Counted from the first letter of the stretch, positions 8,101 to 19,900 are shown. The stretch is DNA of 34,750 nt from Syntrophomonadaceae bacterium (GCA_007131435.1 SLQM01000085.1:1-34750), one strand, 5' to 3'. Made by a program: numbers and translations. The notes: generated from the letters alone by a model not told the origin.

Positions 8101-11085
8101 TTACTTGTCTTCCAGATTTATACCCGCCTTTGTTATAAGTGATTCTGATTTCCTGCCGTCCATTAAAACCATCACCGGTTGATCAAATATAATATGACGC
8201 AAGTAGCCCGTTTCTTTTTCAGCTTTAAATGATGATAAATAGCCGTAATCAATAAAGCCGTCACTGCTGCGATTGGGTACAGTAACATAACCGATATTCA
8301 TGGACGTGATATTGTGAAAAAAATGGCTCCCCAGTGAAGCGTCAACATTAAAGTCTTTTAACCCTGCCTCTACTATAACCCTGGCTTCGCTGATTGCGGA
8401 CCAGTCAACCGGAATCCCCAGGAAAGGATCACTTGAGCCCCACCTGCCCGGGCCAATTAAGATATAGCGCTCTCCCTTTTTCTTCATTTCAGCATTGATT
8501 GCATGAATCTCTTTTGCAATTAAAGATGTCTTCATTTTATCAAAACGTTCAGGAACTACATAAACAATATCCCTGATTCCCTTTATAACACCATTGCCCA
8601 TACCCCTATCCGAGTAAAGCAAAAGATTATCTTTCTCAACTGCCCCCGTATCAACCACAGTGCTTTCAGCGCTTCTTACCAGGGGTTTAACCTGCAGGAT
8701 GTAAAAGCTTACCCTGCCTGACTGATCTTTTGTTAAATCAACTGAAAACTCTATTTCAACCGGTGTGCCCAGGGCACTGCGCATAATTTCCAGTAACCTT
8801 TTAAGTGTAGATGCCAGCGGAACCTGGTCGTACTGTAATATGTAGCCAAAATCAATGATCCTGGGGCCTCTAATATGCAAGCCGGGACTGAGTGTATCTG
8901 CTGAAGCATCATAAACTGAAGCGCTTGAAGTTAATGTTCCGTGCTCTTCAGCCGTAGCAATAGAGAGCTTTTCGAGAGTTGCATTAACCCCTTCCGTCAG
9001 GTCAACATTGTTATTGCTGGTATTTAAAGCATATAAAAATCTTTGTGAGTTTTTTAGTAAGTCTTTAATGGTCATCATGTTCATTTTCGGATGCCTGGGG
9101 CAAAAACGAAATGAGCTTTCACCATCAACCACACTTTTTCCCAGGCCCACTGCAAGCAAGGCAATGCCGTCTTCAGATTTCATGTGTGAAAAGGGATAAT
9201 AATTGAAAGATTGGGCAACCCCGCTGATATGTGGATAAAAATAATCGCCGTGAGAACTACCAACCAGTTCCTGGATGATCACCGCCATCTTTTCTTCTTC
9301 AATTGAGTGATTAATAGAATCAAAATAGCTCCTGGCCAGCGGGGCAAAGACTGAAGCATAAACCATTTTAATTGCAGTTTCAAGCTGCTCCAATCGTACT
9401 TCCGGATCAGGGTGGTTATTTGGCAGGTAATAGGTTTCGTAGATACCGGAAAAAGGCTGTGAAAGACTGTCTTCAAACAGGCCGGAGCTTCTGACTGCAA
9501 GCGGGCATTTCATATGGTTTAGCAGTTTTTTTAATCTCTGTGACAACACGGATGATAGTTGAAATCCGGAAAATATTTTCCTGGTTTCTCTATACCCGGT
9601 TTCTGTTTCTATGAATTGACAGTAATCAAGCTGCTCCAGGATGCTTTCAAACTCATCGGTTCCAATAATAACTGTTTTCGGTATCACCACATTTATATCT
9701 GCCATTAAACCTCTAAATTCCGGTTTTTGCAGAATATATTCGGTAAAAGCAATTCCCCTTCCCTTACCCCCTACCGAACCATTCGATATACGCATTAAAA
9801 AAGACTTTTCCTTAAAGGCAGCTTCGGAAAAAGCCGATATAGAATCTTTCTTTTTTTCCAGCCATCTTTCTCTTAATACGTTTTTTATAAAAAACCTGAC
9901 TTCTTCGTGGCTGCTGAAGTCTTCCACCCGCGCATTTTTTAGTTTAAGAGCGCTTTTAATTTCACCCTTTGCCATAAACCAGGTCGAAAAATCATTGCGC
10001 CTGCTGTGATAAGCGATACTTTCAACGGGTATCTTATCGATTAAGGTTTCAAATTCTTTCATGTAACGGGCCTCTGCGATCACTTTGCCCGTTTTGTCCC
10101 TGAACAAAAAATTACCAAACCCAAGATTAAGATGAAAAAAGTCTAATAAATCCCTGGTAAGGTTATTTGAGTTTTTATTGATATAAGACAGGTTGTTATC
10201 TTCACAAAACAGCCTGTTTTCCAGATCGGATGACTGAACCAGGATGGGCAGGGAATATTTCTCTTCAATATGCTTAACAAGTTTTTTCCCCGCTGCCGGG
10301 TCGGCTTTGCCGTTCAGGGGGTACTTTACATCAGTAATTACACAAAGTATATAATCATAATATTTCTCAAACAGCGCGACCGCTTCTTCATAGGTTGAAG
10401 CAAGAAGCACCTTGGGACGTGCCCGCATCTTTAACAATTTGTACCTGGCATCAACATCTTCTCCACTGATTAAACGGTGGTTTTCACTGATAATTACACT
10501 GTAAAGCAGTGGCAGGTAGCGCGAATAATACCTGATCGAGTCTTCTACAACAAGTATTACCCGCACATCACCGGTTAGCGTGTCATTGCTAACATTTATT
10601 GAATCCTCAATATACTTGATCATGGCTAAAAAAATGCTGCTGTCGCCATTCCACACAAACATCTTATTGATATCGGTCAGGCTTTCTTTCATCCCGGCAT
10701 ATAAAGATATCTGCTTGTTGTTATTGATCAGCAGCAGCACGGGCAGATCTGGGTTTACCTCCTTTGCCTTGCTGCTTAGTTCCCGGGGAAGATCCTTATC
10801 AATACCGGTAACGACAATTACCAGGTCAAATATTCCTGTTTTAATTTCTTCAATAGCGTTGTCAACTGAAAATACAGAAGTGATTCGCGGCGCACTTGAT
10901 ATATTTAGCTGGTAATATTCACCATATATTTGTTCAAATATCTGCCCTTCCCTTTCAAGTATATAGGCATCGTAAACTGTAGCCACCAGGAGAATTTCCC
11001 TGACCTTGAACGGCATCAGGTCATGAAAAATAGAAAGGTTTGATTTTTGAGGCATGAAAAGCCCTTCATATTTTTCTAAATCCAT
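8101..11085 (-). CDS. receiver-domain / PEP-pyruvate-binding (PPDK_N ATP-grasp) fusion protein, function unknown
   Basis: Two N-terminal CheY-like modules are followed by the PPDK_N hallmarks GGKGRGIAF and AVRSSGLFEDS...SGIYETY. The ORF track opens at 11166. I place the start at the ATG at 11085 (MDLEKYEG...), which has a G-rich SD (AGGGGGGAT) 5 nt upstream. The ATGs at 11166 and 11115 have no usable SD. Confidence 0.8.
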   Translation of the reverse strand: MDLEKYEGLFMPQKSNLSIFHDLMPFKVREILLVATVYDAYILEREGQIFEQIYGEYYQLNISSAPRITSVFSVDNAIEEIKTGIFDLVIVVTGIDKDLPRELSSKAKEVNPDLPVLLLINNNKQISLYAGMKESLTDINKMFVWNGDSSIFLAMIKYIEDSINVSNDTLTGDVRVILVVEDSIRYYSRYLPLLYSVIISENHRLISGEDVDARYKLLKMRARPKVLLASTYEEAVALFEKYYDYILCVITDVKYPLNGKADPAAGKKLVKHIEEKYSLPILVQSSDLENRLFCEDNNLSYINKNSNNLTRDLLDFFHLNLGFGNFLFRDKTGKVIAEARYMKEFETLIDKIPVESIAYHSRRNDFSTWFMAKGEIKSALKLKNARVEDFSSHEEVRFFIKNVLRERWLEKKKDSISAFSEAAFKEKSFLMRISNGSVGGKGRGIAFTEYILQKPEFRGLMADINVVIPKTVIIGTDEFESILEQLDYCQFIETETGYRETRKIFSGFQLSSVLSQRLKKLLNHMKCPLAVRSSGLFEDSLSQPFSGIYETYYLPNNHPDPEVRLEQLETAIKMVYASVFAPLARSYFDSINHSIEEEKMAVIIQELVGSSHGDYFYPHISGVAQSFNYYPFSHMKSEDGIALLAVGLGKSVVDGESSFRFCPRHPKMNMMTIKDLLKNSQRFLYALNTSNNNVDLTEGVNATLEKLSIATAEEHGTLTSSASVYDASADTLSPGLHIRGPRIIDFGYILQYDQVPLASTLKRLLEIMRSALGTPVEIEFSVDLTKDQSGRVSFYILQVKPLVRSAESTVVDTGAVEKDNLLLYSDRGMGNGVIKGIRDIVYVVPERFDKMKTSLIAKEIHAINAEMKKKGERYILIGPGRWGSSDPFLGIPVDWSAISEARVIVEAGLKDFNVDASLGSHFFHNITSMNIGYVTVPNRSSDGFIDYGYLSSFKAEKETGYLRHIIFDQPVMVLMDGRKSESLITKAGINLEDK

Positions 11086-11191
11086 CTTATCCCCCCTGGC
11101 ATAATTATATGCCATCCTAAAATAATTGCATGATTTTTTCTTGACTTCTTCTATTCTATAATACATTATTAGGTTTGTGGGGATATTTTAG

Positions 11192-12628
<1,437 letters not shown>

Positions 12629-12656
12629 TACTGTAAGCGTTTGTTAACATTTAAAT

Positions 12657-12692
12657 AAAACCCCTCCTGAAAAAAAAGAGGGGTTTTTGTTT
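12657..12692. terminator. bidirectional intrinsic terminator between convergent gdhA and the response-regulator gene
   Basis: AAAACCCCTC (12657-12666) pairs perfectly with GAGGGGTTTT (12678-12687) across an 11-nt A-rich loop. It is followed by TTTTTGTTT on the plus strand and has an equivalent T-run on the minus strand. Confidence 0.75.
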
Positions 12693-12709
12693 AAATGTGT
12701 AAAGTGAGC

Positions 12710-14080
12710 TTACTTTTCTAACTTGTCGCGTAAGGTTTTCCTGTCAATCCCAAGCAGTTCAGCAGCCCTGGTCTTGTTGCCATTAAACTTAGCTAAAACT
12801 TCTTTAATATAATCTTTTTCAACCTCCAGCAAAGTCTTGTCCAGCCTTTTATCTTCTGCCATATTATTTCGAAGGGAACCTGGCAAATCAGCAAGCTCAA
12901 TCAGCTCTCCCGACACTTTGCCGGCCAGCTCCCTCATCAATATTTCAAGTTCAATAATATTGCCTGCCCAATTATAATGCAGTAAAGCCTTTGAAGCGCG
13001 ATCAGAAAACGCTGCTACCGGGCTTTGCCCCTTCTCCAGGCAGGCTTTGCTAAAATAGTGTTTACATAAAAGCAGTATGTCTTGATCCCTTTCCCGAAGC
13101 GGCGGCAGGTTAAGGCTAAGCATATTCAGGCGGAAGAAGAGATCTTCCCGAAACAGGCCTTTACCCGCCATTTCAAGTAAATCCCTGGAGGAAGAAGCTA
13201 TAATCCGGCAGGAAGATCTCCTGGTTTTTTTATCTCCGGCAGCACTAAATTCCCCGTTTGCAAGAACAGACAGGAGCTTAACCTGAACAGCCAGGGGGGT
13301 TTCGCTTATCTCGCTTAAAAAAACTGTTCCTTCACCAGCCATTTCTAGAAACCCGGGCCTAAAATTTTCTTCTCCGCCGGCAGATCCATCATCCTCCACC
13401 TGTTTTTTTCCTCCATCAGACAGGATAAAGCCGAATACTTCACTTTCAATTTTACTTTCCGGTATTGCCCGGCAGTTAATAGTGATAAAAGGATGACCGG
13501 CCCTTTCACTTTCATAGTGAATTATCCTGGCTGATAGCTCCCGACCGGTACCTCTTTCACCTGAAATCAGGACCGGGTGACTGCTGGATGCAGCCTTTTT
13601 AATAGCGCTGGTAACCCGGGTCATACCGGCAGATTCACCGAGCAGGCTGTATTGTTTTGAGATATCTTTTGCGGGGCTCGTTCTATGTGCAATCCGGCTG
13701 CTAAGTTTGTCAATTGAGCTGTTAATCGCCTTTTCAAGCTCTTCATCTGTAAAAGGCTTGGCCAGGTATTCCTCTGCGCCTGCTTTAATTGCTTCAACTG
13801 CCCCTTCTACCGAGGCATAACCCGTGATCATCATTACCTCAGTATTGCGGTAGTTATCCCTTACATGACGGATTAAGTCTAAACCTCCGACAAAGGGCAT
13901 GTGGTAATCGGTAATAACCAGGTCAATATGTTGATCTTCCATTATTTTTATTGCTTCTTCGGCACTTTCACAGGAAAAAACTTCAAAACCCATCAACTGA
14001 ATACTGCGGTGGAGAACTTCCAGTGTTTCCGGTGAATCATCGACAACAAGAATAATTTCTTCCCGAGTTTTTTTAGCCAT
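12710..14080 (-). CDS. NtrC-family (receiver / AAA+ sigma-54-activator-like / Fis-HTH) response regulator with degenerate AAA+ motifs
   Basis: The receiver has DD (14-15), D58 and K108. The central domain aligns with the Sigma54_activat pattern (ESEVFG, FREDLFFRLN, WAGNIIELE). The C-terminal HTH is NKTRAAELLGIDRKTLRDKL. A GAGGAG SD lies 7 nt upstream. See the finding on the degenerate motifs. Confidence 0.9.
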   Translation of the reverse strand: MAKKTREEIILVVDDSPETLEVLHRSIQLMGFEVFSCESAEEAIKIMEDQHIDLVITDYHMPFVGGLDLIRHVRDNYRNTEVMMITGYASVEGAVEAIKAGAEEYLAKPFTDEELEKAINSSIDKLSSRIAHRTSPAKDISKQYSLLGESAGMTRVTSAIKKAASSSHPVLISGERGTGRELSARIIHYESERAGHPFITINCRAIPESKIESEVFGFILSDGGKKQVEDDGSAGGEENFRPGFLEMAGEGTVFLSEISETPLAVQVKLLSVLANGEFSAAGDKKTRRSSCRIIASSSRDLLEMAGKGLFREDLFFRLNMLSLNLPPLRERDQDILLLCKHYFSKACLEKGQSPVAAFSDRASKALLHYNWAGNIIELEILMRELAGKVSGELIELADLPGSLRNNMAEDKRLDKTLLEVEKDYIKEVLAKFNGNKTRAAELLGIDRKTLRDKLEK

Positions 14081-15755
14081 CTCTTTTCTCCTCTTTTACA
14101 GGCAATCTTACGGTGAAAACAGTGCCCTCCCCGGGCTCACTTTTCAAGTCTATTGATCCGCCATGTGACTGGACTATACCCAGGGCAACTGGCAAACCCA
14201 GGCCTGCCCCTTCATTAATCCCCTTGGTCGTATAAAAGGGTATAAATACCTTCTCCATTTCTTCTTCCGTCATTCCAATTCCTGTGTCTTCGACAATGAT
14301 ATTAACAGCGCCAATTAAACTCTCCGTTTTTATTTTCAGGGTACCGCCACCAGGCATAGCCTGGATCGCGTTAACCACCAGGTTGACCATGACCTGGTTT
14401 AATTGAGAGGGGTCAATTTCGATTAGCGGCAGGTCAGGGGCAAATTCTTTATTCAAAGCTATATTACTCTTCTTTAACCTGTTTTCAAGCAGGTAAAGCC
14501 CATCATCAATGCGTTCATTAATATTAATCGTTGATTTCTCCGGTTTAGATTGCCTGCTGAACAGCATCAGCTTACGAATTATTTCTCTGCCATGAAGCGA
14601 TGCTTTAATAATCTTATCAATATCCTTCTCAACATCCTGATCGATGGTGCCGCATTTCTTGATTAACTGGGCAAACCCCAGTATCCCGTTAAGCGGTTCA
14701 TTAAGTTCATGTGCGACCCCTGCGGTAAGCTGTCCAACAGTAGCCAACCTGTCAGCATGAAGAAGCTGCTGCTGAAGCCTTTCCCTTTCTTCCTCAAATT
14801 CTTTCCGCCCTGCAACATGGCCAAGTTCACTTGCAATAGCTTTCAACATAGATTCTTCTTCTTTTAAAAATGGGGTCTTGCTGATACTGCCCAGGTCGCT
14901 GGCGTAACTCACCTCAACATAGCCTTTAACTTCTTCCCTGATCATAATATCCGCTTTCAGTGAATAAACGGGCAGCTGGTAATTCTTACTTTTAAATTCC
15001 CTATTCGCATAAACAATTTTACAGCATGCTGAATCCGGATATAAAAAGCCCGGCGGTATTACTTCTGTTGCATCTGCTAAAACATCTTCAAGGGTTTTAC
15101 CTATTCCCATTCCCAGCCTGGAAATTTTGTAGATAGTTTTTAACTCTTTAATCCTTTCACCAAGCAAAAATTTAGCCCGCCGGTGTGTTCTTGAAAAGCC
15201 AATAATGTCGGCTATATACTGATACAGTTCCATATCTTTATCAGCAATGACTGTTTTCTGATTCCAACCCAGAGACATTATTCCAATTACCTGGCCTTGC
15301 TGTTTTATTTTGAGGACCAAAACAGTAGCATAATCTGTTGCAATTTTTTGATCTCCCGTGTCGGCAAAATAAGCATCTCCGTTAGCTATTGAAAATTTAC
15401 CACAAACAAGCATCCCTCTATAAACTGCAGTTTCCAACTGTTCTAATGAGAGACCGGAAGGTTCAACAGTTTCATCTTTGGAAATTACTTCAGTAAGACT
15501 ATCAAAAGAAACGAAATTAACAGCTAGATCATCCTGCTTACTTTGATCTAAACAGTAAGCTATCCTGTAGTAACTGTCTGCATCATTTGCCAGGAAGCTC
15601 ACATAGTTTGCCTTAAAAAAGGGAAGTAATATATCAGCCGCTTCCCTGTAATAATCGCTGATAAACCTGCCTTTATCAGCAAGACCGATTAACCTCAGGG
15701 AAAGCTCATGAAAATCCTTTAAGCTGGGGCCAAGTGTGCCGGATTGTTCTATCAC
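14073..15755 (-). CDS. cytoplasmic sensor histidine kinase (GAF-like sensor modules, HisKA, HATPase_c)
   Basis: The H-box is GVAHELNEPLNGILGF, the N-box NLVVNAIQAM, the G1 box EDTGIGM and the G2 box GAGLGLPV. It starts at a GTG with an AGAGGT SD and overlaps the downstream regulator gene by 8 nt. Confidence 0.9.
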   Translation of the reverse strand: MIEQSGTLGPSLKDFHELSLRLIGLADKGRFISDYYREAADILLPFFKANYVSFLANDADSYYRIAYCLDQSKQDDLAVNFVSFDSLTEVISKDETVEPSGLSLEQLETAVYRGMLVCGKFSIANGDAYFADTGDQKIATDYATVLVLKIKQQGQVIGIMSLGWNQKTVIADKDMELYQYIADIIGFSRTHRRAKFLLGERIKELKTIYKISRLGMGIGKTLEDVLADATEVIPPGFLYPDSACCKIVYANREFKSKNYQLPVYSLKADIMIREEVKGYVEVSYASDLGSISKTPFLKEEESMLKAIASELGHVAGRKEFEEERERLQQQLLHADRLATVGQLTAGVAHELNEPLNGILGFAQLIKKCGTIDQDVEKDIDKIIKASLHGREIIRKLMLFSRQSKPEKSTININERIDDGLYLLENRLKKSNIALNKEFAPDLPLIEIDPSQLNQVMVNLVVNAIQAMPGGGTLKIKTESLIGAVNIIVEDTGIGMTEEEMEKVFIPFYTTKGINEGAGLGLPVALGIVQSHGGSIDLKSEPGEGTVFTVRLPVKEEKRDG

Positions 15756-15978
15756 GTTTTACCTCTTTTTTTGTAACTTTTAAACGAGCAGCTGCGCAAA
15801 GTGACAACTTCTTATAGCAACAGCAGCAATAGGAGAAGATGTTTCAATTACTGCAATAATATCACGCTTTTCCGCTGCAGGGCAAGAAAAGCTTATGGCA
15901 CGGGAGGCATAAATGCAGGTGGGCCATTTAAGATGTGCCTTCAGGGTTTAATTAATTATTTAACTTGCAGCGAGCATT

Positions 15979-16761
15979 TTAAGTGAAAAGCGCAAGCAGG
16001 TAGATTACAATTGTAGTTGCTATCGGCACCGTTAAGTCGTCCAGGTTGGAAGGAGATAAAAGCTCGATTATCGTTCCGGCAGAAGCTGTAATTACAGAGT
16101 ATAAAAATACTGTTTCAATAGAGAGAGCTTTCTGATTTACGGGGGTAAGCACCCCAAAAAGATAAAAGGCAGTAAAGCACAGTAAAAAAGCTGAAATTAA
16201 AAAAACCAGTGAACCTTCAAGCGTTCTTTCTGTTTCTGTGTAGGCAATGTGTATTTTTATCCTGCCAAACTTTTTACCGCCGACCGAAGCCAGTGTATCG
16301 CTGATAATCATGATCAGAATGCCGCAAATCGGGAAATAGAGCTGCTTCGGGGCAAATAGAACAAACAGGGTAATGAGCAGTGTAATTGAAATGCTGTAAA
16401 AAAGCGGGCCCTGCAAACGCCCGACTTTTTCTTCCGCTTCCTCGCCAATCGACTCATATAACTCCTGAAGCTGTTTAACCGAGCTATCCTTGGTGCTAAA
16501 ATATACGGCAATCGTTAAAGTAGCCGCAATAAATACTGCATGCAGCGGCAGAATAAAATATGGCACTATCAGGACAACCAGGCCGGTAACCAGGTGCACT
16601 ATCTTCCTGGCGGCAAACTTGGAAATCATATTTTTCTTCTGCAGGTAGACGGGAACAAGGATGGTAATTAAAACATAGCCATAAGCAATGCCAACAAGGA
16701 CTAGATCATAAAGAAAATCTGAGATGCTGTAGTCATTTATAATGCCGATTAGAGTTTGCAT
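15979..16761 (-). CDS. integral membrane CTP-transferase superfamily protein (CdsA / dolichol-polyprenol-phytol kinase-like)
   Basis: 260 aa and very hydrophobic (7-8 predicted TM). The motif SDTLASVGGKKFGR ... RTLEGSL matches the D-x-x-A-x-x-x-G-x-x-x-G ... K/T-x-EG signature shared by CdsA, dolichol kinase and phytol kinase. The SD is weak. Confidence 0.65.
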   Translation of the reverse strand: MQTLIGIINDYSISDFLYDLVLVGIAYGYVLITILVPVYLQKKNMISKFAARKIVHLVTGLVVLIVPYFILPLHAVFIAATLTIAVYFSTKDSSVKQLQELYESIGEEAEEKVGRLQGPLFYSISITLLITLFVLFAPKQLYFPICGILIMIISDTLASVGGKKFGRIKIHIAYTETERTLEGSLVFLISAFLLCFTAFYLFGVLTPVNQKALSIETVFLYSVITASAGTIIELLSPSNLDDLTVPIATTIVIYLLALFT

Positions 16762-16965
16762 GATTTATCTAAATATCTTTCATATATAATTTCAAACAGC
16801 TAAATTGTATTGGTAAAAGGTAGCACTGTCAAGCTTTCAATTTTTATTCTCTCAGAAAACAGTTATCATCCGGTCAGGATTATAAATATGGAATATAACT
16901 GAAGGACTCTATGACCTATATATAGAAACTACCAACAATTACCGCGATAGTGGAGAAAAAACCAG

Positions 16966-19900
16966 ATGATTGAACTGATCTATTCAAATAAAACTGAAAC
17001 CCTGCTAAAAAACCTCGCCTTAAACCTGGAACTTAAAGAGGAGGAAAAGCTGCATCCTTTAGAGCCGGTTGAAATTATCGTTCCAAACAGGAACATGGAA
17101 ACCTGGATCCGTTTGGGGCTGGCCCAGCTAAAAGGGATTGCAGCAAATATTAATTTCAAATGGCTTGAAAACTACATCAGCGACCTGGTCAGCATTGCTT
17201 CCCGGGACCGGTTTAAACTTGTCAATTACCAGGTAACTGAAGCAGCAATCCTGGCTGCCCTGTTAGATGAAAAGCTGCTTGAAGGAAAAGAGTTAAATCC
17301 TGTTTCTAATTACCTCAGGAAAACAGGCCGCTATGATGCACTAAATACAATATCCCTGGGTTTCGACAGCTACCTGGGCGCAGACAGTACCGATATTCGC
17401 CGGGTCCAGTTGGCAGCAAAAATGTCTTCCCTTTTCCAGGAATACTCATTTTCCAGGCCTGAGATGATCTCTGGATGGCGGGAAAAGGCAGTGGAAAGCG
17501 GTTTTGAAGTAAAAGCTGCAAACCCTTTTAAAGACCCCGGAAAGGCTGAACCATTTATAGCTGAAACAGTAAGCTGGCAAAGGGCCCTGTGGCTCTCTGT
17601 TTTTGGCCCGGACGGTGTTTTAGAAAAAAACCAGCCCCCAGGAGGCGGCAATTGGATTACCATAGATCAACTTGCTTATGACAGCAGTTTTTTTGACCTG
17701 CTGAAAGAAACTGTACTTCCACCTGTTCATATTTTCGGGGTTTCCTACATGGCAAGGATTTACCAGGTGCTTTTTGCCCGCCTTGGTGAACTTGGCAACA
17801 TGCATATTTACACTTTAAACCCCTGTGCCGAATTCTGGGAAGATGTAGAAACAGACCGGGAATATATTAACCGCCTGGGCCGCGAACTTTACAGGCGCAA
17901 AAAAAAGATGTGGACAGGCATGGGTGAGCCTGATGAAGATGACCCTTTCGGCCTCTTTGAAGCTGACAACCCGGCGCTGCGCTACTGGGGGCGGCCCGGT
18001 CGCGAACATATCAGGTTGCTCGGGGAATTAACAGATTGCGATTTCTACGACGCCTTCTCCGATCCCCTGGAAACCGGCACCGGGCTGCTTCATCAGCTGC
18101 AAAAAGATATTTTGGAAAGAAACCCTGAAAGGGTTGTAGAGGATAATTTTCTTGAGGCAGATGGGACTATAAACTTGGTAGCCGCCCCTTCAGTGCGCCG
18201 GGAAGTTGAATGGGTAGCTGATGAAATCTGGAACCTGATGCGCAGCAATGGTTTGCAAAACAGCCAGGTTCCTTTAAGGTTCAGTGATATAGCCGTGATT
18301 ATCAACAGCACCGAACATGAGCGTTACCTGCCCCAAATTGAAACCGTTTTTACAGCCTGCCAAAATCTACCATTTACTGTTTCCGACCTGCCCGGTAAAG
18401 CAGGAAGCAAAATGATTGAAGCTATAATCCAGCTTTTAAAGCTCCCTTTCGGCCGCTTTACCAGGGCCGAAATGCTTGCTTTCATGAGCCACCCTGCAGT
18501 AATTACCCAATTTGAGTACTTAACTCCCGAGGCAATGGCTGCAAAAGCTGATAAGCTTGGGATTGTATACGGCTCCAACCACTCAGACCATGAGGGCACA
18601 TATATTGATGAGGATGTTTTGAACTGGAACCAGGGGATATTAAGGTTGGCCCTGGGAGCCTTTATGAGTGGTGAAAAAAGTGGAGACAACCGAATATTTG
18701 AAGCTGAGCAAGGCAGGTGGCTGGTTGAAGAAAGCAGCGGTTCACTTTCAGGCGCAGCTGCACAGTTTGGCCTGCTTTCCCGCTCCCTGCTTACAGATTG
18801 CCGTTTTGTCCGAACAGCAGAGATGACTCTAAGCAGCTGGGCAACCTTTTTTAGGGCCCAGGCAGAAAAATACCTGCATGCAGAAACTACAGCTGATACC
18901 GGTGATCGGCTAAGAATTATTAAAACCCTTTCAAAGCTTGAAAACATGGACATGGGAAAAATAGTTAGCGGCAGGACTGCTTCAGAAATAGCGTTTAAAC
19001 TTCTCGATTCCCTGCCCGGAAACCGGGGAAGATACCTGTCCGAAGGGGTTGCGGTTTCATCATTTTTACCGATGAGGGCTATCCCTTTCAAGGTTGTCTT
19101 TGTCCTGGGCCTGGGAGAAGGCCTTTTCCCGGCTACAGGGCGCAGGGACGCCCTTGATCTGCGATCGGCAAAAAGACGCACCGGGGATGTCGATCCCTCG
19201 GAAAGAGATCGCTACATGTTCCTGGAAACTCTTCTCTCTACCCGTGAAAAACTATATCTCTCATTTGTAAGAAGAGATGAGCTGACAGGTGACCCGCTGC
19301 AGCCTTCGGCGGTTGTGCAGGAACTGCTGCATATGCTAAAGCTGGGTTTTATGGGACCGGAAAATTTAAACGGCCTTTTTAAAGAACTGCCGCTGCGGCG
19401 TTTTGATGACCCGGCAGTTTTTGATCATAGCTTTCTTGACGAAGCTAAAGCGGAAGCAAGAATCAGGGAACTGGCGAAAAGTTTGGATGATCAGCTTAAT
19501 CCGGCTGGGAGGGATGTTTTACCAGGAATCTGGCCCTTTATTTCTACTGCCAGCCAAAAGAAAATTGAAGATATGCTGCTCCTGCCCGGTAAACCTCCCG
19601 GTACTTGCACTGGTACGAGCAGCAAAGAGCTGGCCTTTGCCGGTGAATTAAATACTGAGTCCCCGGTCAACTTAACAATCTCAAACCTTCATAACTTCCT
19701 ATCCTGCCCCATGCAGGGATGGGCATCTGCCGTGCTCGGTCTTTCTGAAGCTGAGGAAGACCTGGCAGAACAGGAAGAAGAAGATTTTGAATTTAGCCCG
19801 CTCGCTAAAACCGGTTTATTGCGGGAAATTTTTTACCTGGCTGCAGCAGAAGAGCTGGAACCTGCAAAAATATATGATCAAAAATCAGAGCGCCTGCGCC

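Noticed and set aside
11086-11166. N-terminal 27 codons of the ORF-track version of the receiver/PPDK_N gene
   Set aside because: The ATGs at 11166 and 11115 have no usable SD, and the segment contains a plus-strand TATAAT-like sequence. The ATG at 11085 has a G-rich SD at proper spacing, so I treat 11086-11266 as intergenic.
15896-15920. TGGCACGGGAGGCATAAATGCA, a sigma-54 -24-like element in the kinase upstream region
   Set aside because: The -12 GC is displaced by 2 nt from the TGGCAC-N5-TTGC spacing. The element is on the plus strand and points into the 3' end of a minus-strand gene, so it cannot drive the kinase operon.
18324-19181. 285-aa minus-strand ORF inside recC
   Set aside because: It lies entirely antisense to a RecC frame that is well supported as part of the recCBD operon. 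The translation is Arg/Ser/Pro-rich low-complexity sequence typical of antisense frames, and no SD or motif was seen.
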